Below, piece by piece: positions 35,151 to 42,576 of a stretch of DNA of 46,604 bases; position 1 is the stretch's first letter, and the number at the start of each line of letters is the position of its first letter. Made by a program: the position numbers and the translations under genes. The stretch lies in sequence record OQ243221. One strand, written 5' to 3'. The notes under the pieces were generated by a model that was given only the letters and a program-made list of their open reading frames with translations, searched no databases and was not told the DNA's origin. This stretch comes from Escherichia phage vB_EcoS-UDF157lw.

Positions 35151-37094
35151 ATGGAAAACCGATTGAAAACAATACAAAAACAGATTGAAGAATTGGGCGA
35201 AGATAAGATTAAAGAGATTCAAACTAAATTCACCTCTTCTAACGGTATGGTTCCGTATAGCTATCAGTGTGTTATGTACAATGAGATTGCAAAGCGCATT
35301 AGTCGCTATGAGCATCCATTTATCGCAATGGCTTCAGTTTCTGCTGGTAAGACTCTGGTTTTTGGTATGGTTGCTAAGCGTTGCTCTGAGCTTGGCTTGC
35401 CTATGCTTGTTCTTGCTCGTCAGGCAGAGCTGGTTAGCCAGAATGCTTCTGAGATTTCTGATTACGGGGTTCCTAACTCCATTTATTGCTCTGGGCTTGG
35501 AATAAAATCATCTTATTTCCCTGTGGTGGTTGGCTCTGAGGGCACAGTAGTTGGCGGGCTTAAGAAGTCACTTGGCGATTTCTGTCCTGCGGTAGTTGCT
35601 ATTGATGAGTGTCACCATATTGATGACCAGGACATAGCGGAGGCAATTGATAACAATGAGACTGCGCAACAGGCATTAGATAAGGGGCGTAGCCAGTATA
35701 CGGTCATCATCCTGACTTTAATGGAGCGCTGCCGTGCTAAGTATGGCAAGAATCTCCGTATCTTTGGACTGACTGGTTCTCCTTTCCGTGGAACTACGCC
35801 AATAGTTGTTGAAAACAAAAAGGAGTTGGGATTTTGGCGTGAGACGGTCACAAATATCGATACAAACTACCTGGTCGAGTTCGGTTCCGTGGTTCCGACA
35901 AACTTTGGTGCTACTGATGGCGTTGGTTACGACCTGTCAGAGTTTGATGCATCATCTGAAGATGGTGTTCAGGATTACACTAAAGCCCAGCTTGAAGCCA
36001 TGGATAAAAAGATTCAGGCATCTGGAACAATGACAGCGGAGATAATGAAGAAAGTATGGCTTGCCGCGAAAAACAGGAATGGAGTTCTGGTAACATGCGC
36101 AGGTGAGCGCCATTGCCACGAAGCCGCAAGTTACCTTCCTGAAGGTGAAAAGTTCTGCATTATAACTGGAAAGACTGGCGAGAAGCAGCGCAAGGAGTTG
36201 CTTGATAAGTGCTTTAGCGGGGAGATTAAATATTGCTTTCAGGTTCAGGCGCTAACCACTGGCGTAAATGTGCCTACATGGGATACAAGCGTTATTCTGC
36301 GTAAGATTGGTAGCCTTACACTCCTGGTTCAGCTACTTGGTCGAGGAATGCGTAAGCTTAAGAAGCTCCATGAAGATAAAGGAATGGTCAAGAATGACCA
36401 TTTGGTACTGGACTTCGCAGGAACGATGGACTCTATGGCATCATTGTACTTCAATCCAATTCTTGAGCAGGCTCAATATCAGCTACGAAAGAGTAATGGC
36501 AAGGAGACTAAGCAGTGTCCAGTATGCGGAACAGAGAACAGCTTCTTTGCTCGACGTTGCATGCATATTGATGAGAATAATAATCGCTGCGAATATTTCT
36601 GGGTTAGTCGCACATGTGAAGACCAGAAAGACCCACGAACCGGAAAGGTTATCGTTAAAGGCTGCGGAGTTCAGAATGACGTTGCAGCTAAGATTTGTAG
36701 GGGTTGCGATTGCACTTTGCTTGATCCAAATCTCAACTTAAGCGGCAAACATTACCGCAAGAACGACTGGTTTGATGTTGTTGACTTTAAGGTTGGGCTA
36801 ACAAAGAACCAATCAGGAATCATCTACAACTACATCCTTGATGATGGCATGGGTGGGACATTCAAAGCTCATGAGGTTTTCTTTGTAGAGTCTGACCATC
36901 GAGTATGTAAAACGCTCTGGTTGAACAATGGAATTAAAGGTCACGTAGTCGACATGAACGCTAAGCGATATATGGCTGCATATCGCAATGCTCGCAAGAT
37001 TATGGAGTATGCGCAGTACATCCATGCCCCTAAGAGGGTAACTCACCGCAAGACCGCTAAAGGTGGCGATAATATTGCTAATAAGGAGTTCTAA
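35151..37094 (+). CDS. SF2 DEAH-type DNA helicase with C-terminal Cys-rich zinc-ribbon region (647 aa)
   Basis: Walker A SAGKT, motif II DECHH, further helicase motifs; C-terminal CPVCG...CRGCDC cluster. Confidence 0.85.
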   Translation: MENRLKTIQKQIEELGEDKIKEIQTKFTSSNGMVPYSYQCVMYNEIAKRISRYEHPFIAMASVSAGKTLVFGMVAKRCSELGLPMLVLARQAELVSQNASEISDYGVPNSIYCSGLGIKSSYFPVVVGSEGTVVGGLKKSLGDFCPAVVAIDECHHIDDQDIAEAIDNNETAQQALDKGRSQYTVIILTLMERCRAKYGKNLRIFGLTGSPFRGTTPIVVENKKELGFWRETVTNIDTNYLVEFGSVVPTNFGATDGVGYDLSEFDASSEDGVQDYTKAQLEAMDKKIQASGTMTAEIMKKVWLAAKNRNGVLVTCAGERHCHEAASYLPEGEKFCIITGKTGEKQRKELLDKCFSGEIKYCFQVQALTTGVNVPTWDTSVILRKIGSLTLLVQLLGRGMRKLKKLHEDKGMVKNDHLVLDFAGTMDSMASLYFNPILEQAQYQLRKSNGKETKQCPVCGTENSFFARRCMHIDENNNRCEYFWVSRTCEDQKDPRTGKVIVKGCGVQNDVAAKICRGCDCTLLDPNLNLSGKHYRKNDWFDVVDFKVGLTKNQSGIIYNYILDDGMGGTFKAHEVFFVESDHRVCKTLWLNNGIKGHVVDMNAKRYMAAYRNARKIMEYAQYIHAPKRVTHRKTAKGGDNIANKEF

Positions 37095-37483
37095 TGGTTA
37101 AGGTTTTTCACGACAAAACAAGCACGGACAAGGCTAAAGAGGTTGTTCACCAAATAAATTCAATAGCTTGGGTTCGCCACAACCATCCAGAGATATTTGC
37201 TTTTCACGTGAAGAATGAAGGTCTCAAGTCTATCGGCACAGCAATGAAGGACAAGCAGGAGGGAGTAATTAAGGGTGTATCAGATATTCTACTGATTGGA
37301 CCAAATGGCTTTGCCGCAATAGAGCTTAAGCGAGCAATAAAATCAGATAGCAAGGTTTCAAAGGAGCAAAAGGAGTTCCTGGAAAAGGTATCAGAAACAG
37401 GAGGTTACGCGGCAATCTGTTATGGGTTTGAAATGTTTAAGTTGGCAATTACAGATTATCTATCAAATAGCACGAATTGCTAA
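37094..37483 (+). CDS. VRR-NUC-type nuclease (129 aa)
   Basis: Motif GVSDILLIGPNGFAAIELKRA (PD-(D/E)XK-like D...E.K); start overlaps the helicase stop (TAATG). Confidence 0.6.
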   Translation: MVKVFHDKTSTDKAKEVVHQINSIAWVRHNHPEIFAFHVKNEGLKSIGTAMKDKQEGVIKGVSDILLIGPNGFAAIELKRAIKSDSKVSKEQKEFLEKVSETGGYAAICYGFEMFKLAITDYLSNSTNC

Positions 37484-37510
37484 AGAGATTTCGCAAGGAT
37501 GCGATATAGT
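37468..37510 (+). promoter_or_regulatory. Composite promoter-like element: TAGCACgaaTTGCTAAA, 22 nt, TATAGT, leader CATCGAAACGAAGAGAG
   Basis: Canonical copy; spacer holds CGCAAGGATGCG. Confidence 0.55.
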
Positions 37511-37541
37511 TACTTCATCGAAACGAAGAGAGAGAAACAAA

Positions 37542-37736
37542 ATGACTACTATCTACACTGAAAAGCTGTACAAGTCACGCAAAACTGGTTATGAATATGA
37601 ATTAGCAATCACCCCTGAGGGTTATATTCTTGATGATGGAGACGGTTACTCATTCGAAGTTAGCCCAACATACAAAGATAATTTAGAGACTGTTAAAAAC
37701 GCATTCGGCGAAAAATTTGATGAGGTGTCAGAATAA
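37542..37736 (+). CDS. Hypothetical protein (64 aa)
   Basis: ATG after the conserved leader and RBS; the track ORF start lies upstream of the promoter element. Confidence 0.45.
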   Translation: MTTIYTEKLYKSRKTGYEYELAITPEGYILDDGDGYSFEVSPTYKDNLETVKNAFGEKFDEVSE

Positions 37737-37954
37737 TGAAATTAACCTTTGATAAGCAATGGGAACTATTTCAGGCAATGGTGGCGCAGGAGTTGAGTAA
37801 AGCTGGATATAAAAATGATGTTTGGGATTTAGCTTGGTGTCTTGATTATAGTTTCGAAGAGGATTATCTGAACACTGACATCGAAACATGGCGCGACAGA
37901 ATGATTGCTGATATCGAAGAAATGAAGAAAGATTGCCCGGAGGATTTTTCATGA
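37736..37954 (+). CDS. Hypothetical acidic protein (72 aa)
   Basis: Start overlaps upstream stop (TAATG). Confidence 0.45.
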   Translation: MKLTFDKQWELFQAMVAQELSKAGYKNDVWDLAWCLDYSFEEDYLNTDIETWRDRMIADIEEMKKDCPEDFS

Positions 37955-38151
37955 TTACTGCGACTTGCGTAATGACGAACGGCTCATTCACCCTGCTCAA
38001 TGAGTATGAATTCAAACTTGACCCGATTAATGACCAGGTTGAAATAGTTAGCGATGACGGATTTGCATGGAAGTTACATAATGAATTTGATGGGTACTAC
38101 GGGTGTAATGATGCGAAAGGTAAGCATGTAAGTTTTCTTGTTTATGAGTAA
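37951..38151 (+). CDS. Hypothetical protein (66 aa)
   Basis: ATG 37951 preceded by GGAGGA and overlapping the upstream stop (ATGA). Confidence 0.45.
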   Translation: MITATCVMTNGSFTLLNEYEFKLDPINDQVEIVSDDGFAWKLHNEFDGYYGCNDAKGKHVSFLVYE

Positions 38152-38153
38152 AT

Positions 38154-38195
38154 AGCACTTTTTGTTAAAACTAAAATACAAGGATGGATTATATT
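38154..38195 (+). promoter_or_regulatory. Composite promoter-like element: TAGCACtttttGTTAAA, 21 nt, TATATT
   Basis: Follows the stop of the previous gene. Confidence 0.45.
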
Positions 38196-38225
38196 AATTA
38201 CATTAGCAAATGAGAGGGTTAAGAG

Positions 38226-38351
38226 ATGAAAATTGTAGACAAAGAGATGTTCGAGATTGCGCAGTCTTTCGCAAATGACGCAGTTAAGACTGGATCTAAA
38301 TATTGCTGGATGTGCGCTCTAGAATCTTTAAAAATGGCTTACGGCCTATGA
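38226..38351 (+). CDS. Small hypothetical protein (41 aa)
   Basis: Hand-translated MKIVDKEMFEIAQSFANDAVKTGSKYCWMCALESLKMAYGL; stop overlaps next ATG (ATGA). Confidence 0.3.
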   Translation: MKIVDKEMFEIAQSFANDAVKTGSKYCWMCALESLKMAYGL

Positions 38352-38587
38352 TAGTTGAAACCGGACGCGCCGCTGTATGGGCGCATTGTGGAGATGCGGG
38401 ATTGCAGGATGACATCAAGATGATAGGTAAATACTTTGATATTGATGACATATCTGTAGTTTTCAATGGGAAGTTTAGTTATATGAACCAGCGGCCACGC
38501 AAGTATGTAAGAGTTCCAGCAACGCCTAGCCTCGCAATGTATCGTGAGGAAGGTAAGAAGATATTTAAGAAAGGTGCGAAGAAATGA
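38348..38587 (+). CDS. Hypothetical protein (79 aa)
   Basis: Translationally coupled chain of small ORFs. Confidence 0.4.
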   Translation: MIVETGRAAVWAHCGDAGLQDDIKMIGKYFDIDDISVVFNGKFSYMNQRPRKYVRVPATPSLAMYREEGKKIFKKGAKK

Positions 38588-38841
38588 ATTTACCTGGTCT
38601 GGATTTTGATGAGAGTAAGTATCAGGTTGTGTTTTTTGGTGAGAAGCCTTATCGGAAGATTCCTTTCTCTGAGTGGATTCCTCCGGACTACCTCGATGTA
38701 CTGGTGCAAATTGAGATTGGTAAAGCTGAGTTGATGTACTATTCGCCAGGTTGCAATATGATGATGCCTAGTGAGTATTCACCAGCAATTTCTGCTTTAG
38801 AAACTGAGTTTCTTGATTACTGGCTAAAAGAAGTAAAATAG
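38584..38841 (+). CDS. Hypothetical protein (85 aa)
   Basis: ATGA overlap with the previous gene. Confidence 0.45.
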   Translation: MNLPGLDFDESKYQVVFFGEKPYRKIPFSEWIPPDYLDVLVQIEIGKAELMYYSPGCNMMMPSEYSPAISALETEFLDYWLKEVK

Positions 38842-38881
38842 CACTTTTTGTTAAAACACATCGCCATGGATGGCGTATAGT
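38839..38881 (+). promoter_or_regulatory. Composite promoter-like element: TAGCACtttttGTTAAA, 22 nt, TATAGT, leader CATCGAAACGAGAG
   Basis: Spacer holds hairpin CGCCAT-gg-ATGGCG. Confidence 0.5.
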
Positions 38882-38908
38882 GTGTTCATCGAAACGAGAG
38901 ACGATTCA

Positions 38909-38977
38909 GATGAAAACATTACTACCGTTGATGGCTATGCCATTAACCTTTATAATCATGTACTTCATAATCTGCTA
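38909..38977 (+). CDS. Putative 22-aa hydrophobic peptide (MKTLLPLMAMPLTFIIMYFIIC)
   Basis: Immediately follows the conserved leader and RBS GAGAGACGA; entirely hydrophobic; too short for the ORF track. Confidence 0.25.
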
Positions 38978-38992
38978 ACAGGAAATTAAATA

Positions 38993-40126
38993 ATGGCTAT
39001 AGCTAAAATCACCAACGAAGAGTTAAAGCAAGAACTGGCTAACGGTATGACTAACAAGGCAATCGCAGAGAAGTACGGTATGAATATTCGTAACGTAGAG
39101 CTGCGTCGCAGCAAGTTGGCTAAGGCTGGGGATGGTCACGGTCGCGATGTGAGTAACCTAATTCCTCAGGGCTACATGGTTAAAGGTGTATCTAGCCTTG
39201 TTGATAATGATGGCAATGTGAAGTTGCAATGGGTTAAGTCCTCTATTGATGCAGAGAAGCTTGAGGAGATGATGAATCAAGCGCGAGAGGCATTCTCTAG
39301 CGAGCTACCAAAAGAAAAAGCAGTTAAATCTGAAGGTCTGAATTTTGATGAAGATACTTTAGCTATGTATCCAGTATTTGACCTTCACATTGGCGCAATG
39401 GCCCACAAGCATGAGTGCGGAGAAAACTACGACACAGCAACGGCAGAGAAAGTAATGAACGATTATTTTGACTACGCCGTACAGAAATCTCCAAATTCAA
39501 AGAATGCTGTACTAGTGCTAGGAGGTGATCTGCTTCATTATGATTCTTTGGAAGCCAAAACTCCAGCCAGTGGTCACATCCTGGACAGTGACAGTCGCTA
39601 CGCCAAGATTGTTTATGTTTGCATTCGAGCGGTTCGCCGCGCAATTCGAAACATGCTTAGCAAACATGAAAACGTAGAGGTTAAAGTTATATCTGGTAAT
39701 CATGATGAAAGTGGTATGGTTTGGTTGCGGGCTGCGCTTGCTGCATTTTATGAGGAAGAGCCACGCGTTAGTATTGATGTTAGTCCCGCGGCAATGATGG
39801 TAACTAAGTTTGGTTCTACAATGCTTGGTTTCACTCACGGGCATCAAATGCGTAAAGCTGATACTCGCCTTTCGGTTATGGCTACTGACTGGCGACGTGA
39901 CTTTGGTTTAAGTGATTATGTATACACCCACTCAGGCCACTGGCATTCACAGAAGATTACAGAGACAAATCTTGGTATTGATGAGGTTCATGGTCAGCTT
40001 GGTTCACCAGATGCATATAGTGCGAATGGTGGATGGCGCTCACAAAGGCAGGCCGCGGTAATCATCTATCATAAAGAGTTTGGTGAGGTTGGTCGCTTTA
40101 TCTGCCGTCCAGAAATGTTCAAATAA
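38993..40126 (+). CDS. Calcineurin-like metallophosphoesterase with N-terminal HTH-like domain (377 aa)
   Basis: Phosphoesterase motifs D-L-H (FDLHIG), GGDLLH, GNHDE, GH.H (HSGHWH); N-terminal about 110 aa with HTH-like TNKAIAEKYGMNIRNVELRRSKL. Confidence 0.8.
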   Translation: MAIAKITNEELKQELANGMTNKAIAEKYGMNIRNVELRRSKLAKAGDGHGRDVSNLIPQGYMVKGVSSLVDNDGNVKLQWVKSSIDAEKLEEMMNQAREAFSSELPKEKAVKSEGLNFDEDTLAMYPVFDLHIGAMAHKHECGENYDTATAEKVMNDYFDYAVQKSPNSKNAVLVLGGDLLHYDSLEAKTPASGHILDSDSRYAKIVYVCIRAVRRAIRNMLSKHENVEVKVISGNHDESGMVWLRAALAAFYEEEPRVSIDVSPAAMMVTKFGSTMLGFTHGHQMRKADTRLSVMATDWRRDFGLSDYVYTHSGHWHSQKITETNLGIDEVHGQLGSPDAYSANGGWRSQRQAAVIIYHKEFGEVGRFICRPEMFK

Positions 40127-40145
40127 TATCACTTTTTGTTAAAGC
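40127..40145 (+). promoter_or_regulatory. Motif variant TATCACtttttGTTAAA without clear -10
   Basis: Upstream half degenerate (TATCAC); no TATAGT-like hexamer at the expected spacing. Confidence 0.25.
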
Positions 40146-40191
40146 CCTTCGAGGCTTTTGAGATGCGTCAGCTACAGATATAGGAATCAAA

Positions 40192-40389
40192 ATGATTACA
40201 GAGATGATTTTAGTTGCAAGCCTTTCATCTCCATTGGTATCTCAACAGTATTGTGAACTTGGAAAAGAGATTTACCATGAAGGAGTGGAATTAAGAACGG
40301 TTGTTGATTGGCTTAATCACAGCACGATGAATATTGATGATAAAAAGATTGTCCTTGAGTGCTATATAGTGGAGTCAAATAAAGTCTAA
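40192..40389 (+). CDS. Hypothetical protein (65 aa)
   Basis: ORF in track; the stop is followed by TAGCAC motif. Confidence 0.45.
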   Translation: MITEMILVASLSSPLVSQQYCELGKEIYHEGVELRTVVDWLNHSTMNIDDKKIVLECYIVESNKV

Positions 40390-40432
40390 ATAGCACGAAT
40401 TGCTAAAACGAAAATCAAAAGATGGGGTATAG
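40390..40432 (+). promoter_or_regulatory. Composite promoter-like element: TAGCACgaaTTGCTAAA, 22 nt, TATAGT, leader ...AAACGAGAGGA
   Basis: Hairpin GATGGGGTA-TAG-TTACCCCATC spans the -10. Confidence 0.55.
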
Positions 40433-40465
40433 TTACCCCATCTAAACAAACGAGAGGATACAAAG

Positions 40466-40651
40466 ATGGCTAAATTCACACAATCAGATGCACAAATCGA
40501 AGTTAAAGATGTTGGTTTTGGTAAGACCTTTAAGATTGCGCAGGCATACGGCTCTAGCGAAGAAGATGTAAAAGTTGACACTATCAATCTTACTGCTAAG
40601 AATGCTCGTGAAATTGCCTACGCAATCCTAGATGCACTTGGAGAGCGATAA
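40466..40651 (+). CDS. Hypothetical protein (61 aa)
   Basis: RBS gagagga; canonical promoter element upstream. Confidence 0.45.
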   Translation: MAKFTQSDAQIEVKDVGFGKTFKIAQAYGSSEEDVKVDTINLTAKNAREIAYAILDALGER

Positions 40652-40839
40652 TGCTTCAAACAATTAAAGCCGACATGGTTAAGGTGGGTGATGAAGTTTT
40701 GTTCTTAAACTGCCCACCGCAGGTAGTTAAGGCTACAAGCCTTGAGTATTACCCTGGCTGTATTTTCGTAATGATTAAGACCATTGGTGGTAACTGCTTC
40801 CCAATTAATGTAAACACACTTATTTGCGTAAACCGTTAA
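40651..40839 (+). CDS. Hypothetical protein (62 aa)
   Basis: Start overlaps previous stop (TAATG). Confidence 0.45.
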   Translation: MLQTIKADMVKVGDEVLFLNCPPQVVKATSLEYYPGCIFVMIKTIGGNCFPINVNTLICVNR

Positions 40840-40851
40840 GAGATTATCAAA

Positions 40852-41025
40852 ATGACTAAATTATTCTGCGTTAGCAACAAATCAAAATCACTGCCTTTCA
40901 CTGTAAACAACCCTTACAGTGGTGAGTACCAGGGGGATGGTAATTATAAGATTTATGGCGATGACATGACTTGGATCTTCGCTCCCATTGATGGAGAGCT
41001 GGTGGAATTCATTATAGCAGACTAA
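40852..41025 (+). CDS. Hypothetical protein (57 aa)
   Basis: Hand-translated ORF MTKLFCVSNKSKSLPFTVNNPYSGEYQGDGNYKIYGDDMTWIFAPIDGELVEFIIAD; followed by terminator. Confidence 0.4.
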   Translation: MTKLFCVSNKSKSLPFTVNNPYSGEYQGDGNYKIYGDDMTWIFAPIDGELVEFIIAD

Positions 41026-41051
41026 CTTATAAGAAACATCAACTTGCAAAC

Positions 41052-41080
41052 AGGCGGCCTTTATGGCTGCCTTTTTTCTT
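41052..41080 (+). terminator. Rho-independent terminator upstream of lysis cassette
   Basis: GGCGGCC-ttta-GGCTGCC hairpin (one G-U) followed by TTTTTTCTTTT. Confidence 0.65.
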
Positions 41081-41139
41081 TTATGTCAAAGTTTAATATC
41101 TGGTATTATTTAATCAAATCAACTTAAAGAGGCCGCAAC

Positions 41140-41355
41140 ATGAAGCATTTCTATGACGCAGCCGCCTTGTCCGGTAGCGGAGTAGCTATGGGTGGCGGTT
41201 TATCTGACAACACAATCATCGGCATTATTGGCTTAGTTATCGCCGTATGCTTTGGTATTTTTGGCGCATGGCTGCGCTGGCGTGACAGTAAGGCGCTCCA
41301 TAAAGCACTTGAAGATGGGGATATTCGAGAGGCAATGAGAATCAGGAGTAAATAA
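41140..41355 (+). CDS. Holin (71 aa; pinholin-like)
   Basis: Small protein with Gly-rich segment and hydrophobic TMD IIGIIGLVIAVCFGIFGAWL, charged C-terminus; directly upstream of a SAR endolysin. Confidence 0.65.
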   Translation: MKHFYDAAALSGSGVAMGGGLSDNTIIGIIGLVIAVCFGIFGAWLRWRDSKALHKALEDGDIREAMRIRSK

Positions 41356-41837
41356 TGAGCATTAAAAATAAGGTAATTGGTTCTGCTGTGGCTGGTGCCA
41401 TGGCTCTGGCGGTTCCGTTCCTTAATGAGCATGAAGGCGTTGAGTACAAGCCTTACAAGGATGTTGCTGGGGTATGGACTATTTGCGCAGGAATCACTGG
41501 TCCTGACGTTATTCTGGGCAAGGTTTACACACAGCGAGAGTGTGATGCACTACTTATGAAGCACTTGTCAATTCATCGTGCCGCTGTTGATAAAGCGTTA
41601 AAGGTTGATGTTCCAGTTAGCACCAGGGCTGCCTTGTATAGTTTCTCATTCAACGTGGGAACTAATGCGATGCGCAAATCAACGGCAATGAGGAAGATTA
41701 ATTCCGGAGATATCTATGGCGGTTGCAATGCCTTAAGGCTATTTAACAAGATTACAATTAATGGTAAAAAGGTTGTATCTAAGGGTTTGGATAATAGACG
41801 TGACGCGGAGGTGAAGATATGCGTTTCGGAGTTGTAG
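41355..41837 (+). CDS. SAR endolysin (lysozyme, P21 R-like, 160 aa)
   Basis: N-terminal Gly/Ala-rich signal-anchor (VIGSAVAGAMALAVPF) followed by EGVEYKPYKDVAGVWTICAGITG...YSFSFNVG lysozyme core closely resembling phage P21 R. Confidence 0.9.
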   Translation: MSIKNKVIGSAVAGAMALAVPFLNEHEGVEYKPYKDVAGVWTICAGITGPDVILGKVYTQRECDALLMKHLSIHRAAVDKALKVDVPVSTRAALYSFSFNVGTNAMRKSTAMRKINSGDIYGGCNALRLFNKITINGKKVVSKGLDNRRDAEVKICVSEL

Positions 41838-42223
41838 TTCTGGCAATTATCTTGCTGACAGGGTGCTCTGCTATGTCAGCCATTTCTGATTTCTTACCAG
41901 TAAAGGATGGCGTAGAGGCAACCGCGCAGGTTGGTGAGTCCAACCAGAAAACAGGAGTTGGATTGTCAAATCAAACAGACAAATCTAGCTCAACAGAAAG
42001 CGACATGCGCAACTCAACTAACAGAGACGTAGATTCATCAAGCCAGAAAAAGACAGCCGCTACAGGACTATCAGCCAACACAATAACAGCTGAAAAGATT
42101 GAAATTCATAGCACTGAAAATTCTGGCTTTGACTCTTTAGTCTGGGGTATTCTGGCTGGATTAGTTTCAGGTTTGCTAACTTACTTCGCTTTAAGATTCG
42201 CAGGAAACAAAAAAGGAGCCTAA
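41819..42223 (+). CDS. Unimolecular spanin (u-spanin, T1 gp11-like, 134 aa)
   Basis: N-terminal lipoprotein signal with lipobox LTGC and C-terminal TMD LVWGILAGLVSGLLTYFAL, the defining u-spanin topology. Confidence 0.75.
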   Translation: MRFGVVVLAIILLTGCSAMSAISDFLPVKDGVEATAQVGESNQKTGVGLSNQTDKSSSTESDMRNSTNRDVDSSSQKKTAATGLSANTITAEKIEIHSTENSGFDSLVWGILAGLVSGLLTYFALRFAGNKKGA

Positions 42224-42238
42224 TGGCTCCTTTATTTT
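42208..42238. terminator. Bidirectional terminator between convergent rightward and leftward operons
   Basis: GGAGCC-taat-GGCTCC flanked by AAAAAA upstream and TTTATTTT downstream. Confidence 0.65.
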
Positions 42239-42572
42239 ACGCGAACAGTTGGTCGTCTGTCATTTCTTTTATGGTCATCATCTCATTGGTGTACTTATCA
42301 CTCTCACCTCCGAGGCACCTAAAGCTAAAACCGAATGGTCGCTTCGTGCTTCCTTTGCTCCAGTAACTGCCATTAACTCCATCGATGTAACCTTCAGTCA
42401 TGCATCTTGCCAGAAACTCCTTTGACGCAGATGATGCAAAGTAACGCGCATTAACTCCAGCTGCCTTAGCCATTCTTTCACATTCTTTGTGGCGGTAAAT
42501 GAATACCGCCAGGTGCTGCCTGTTAAACTTTTCGTAGCTCTCGCAGAACTTGAACACATCAAGGATGAACAT
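42237..42572 (-). CDS. Hypothetical protein (111 aa)
   Basis: ORF in track, last gene of the leftward operon. Confidence 0.5.
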   Translation of the reverse strand: MFILDVFKFCESYEKFNRQHLAVFIYRHKECERMAKAAGVNARYFASSASKEFLARCMTEGYIDGVNGSYWSKGSTKRPFGFSFRCLGGESDKYTNEMMTIKEMTDDQLFA

Positions 42573-42576
42573 TTAA

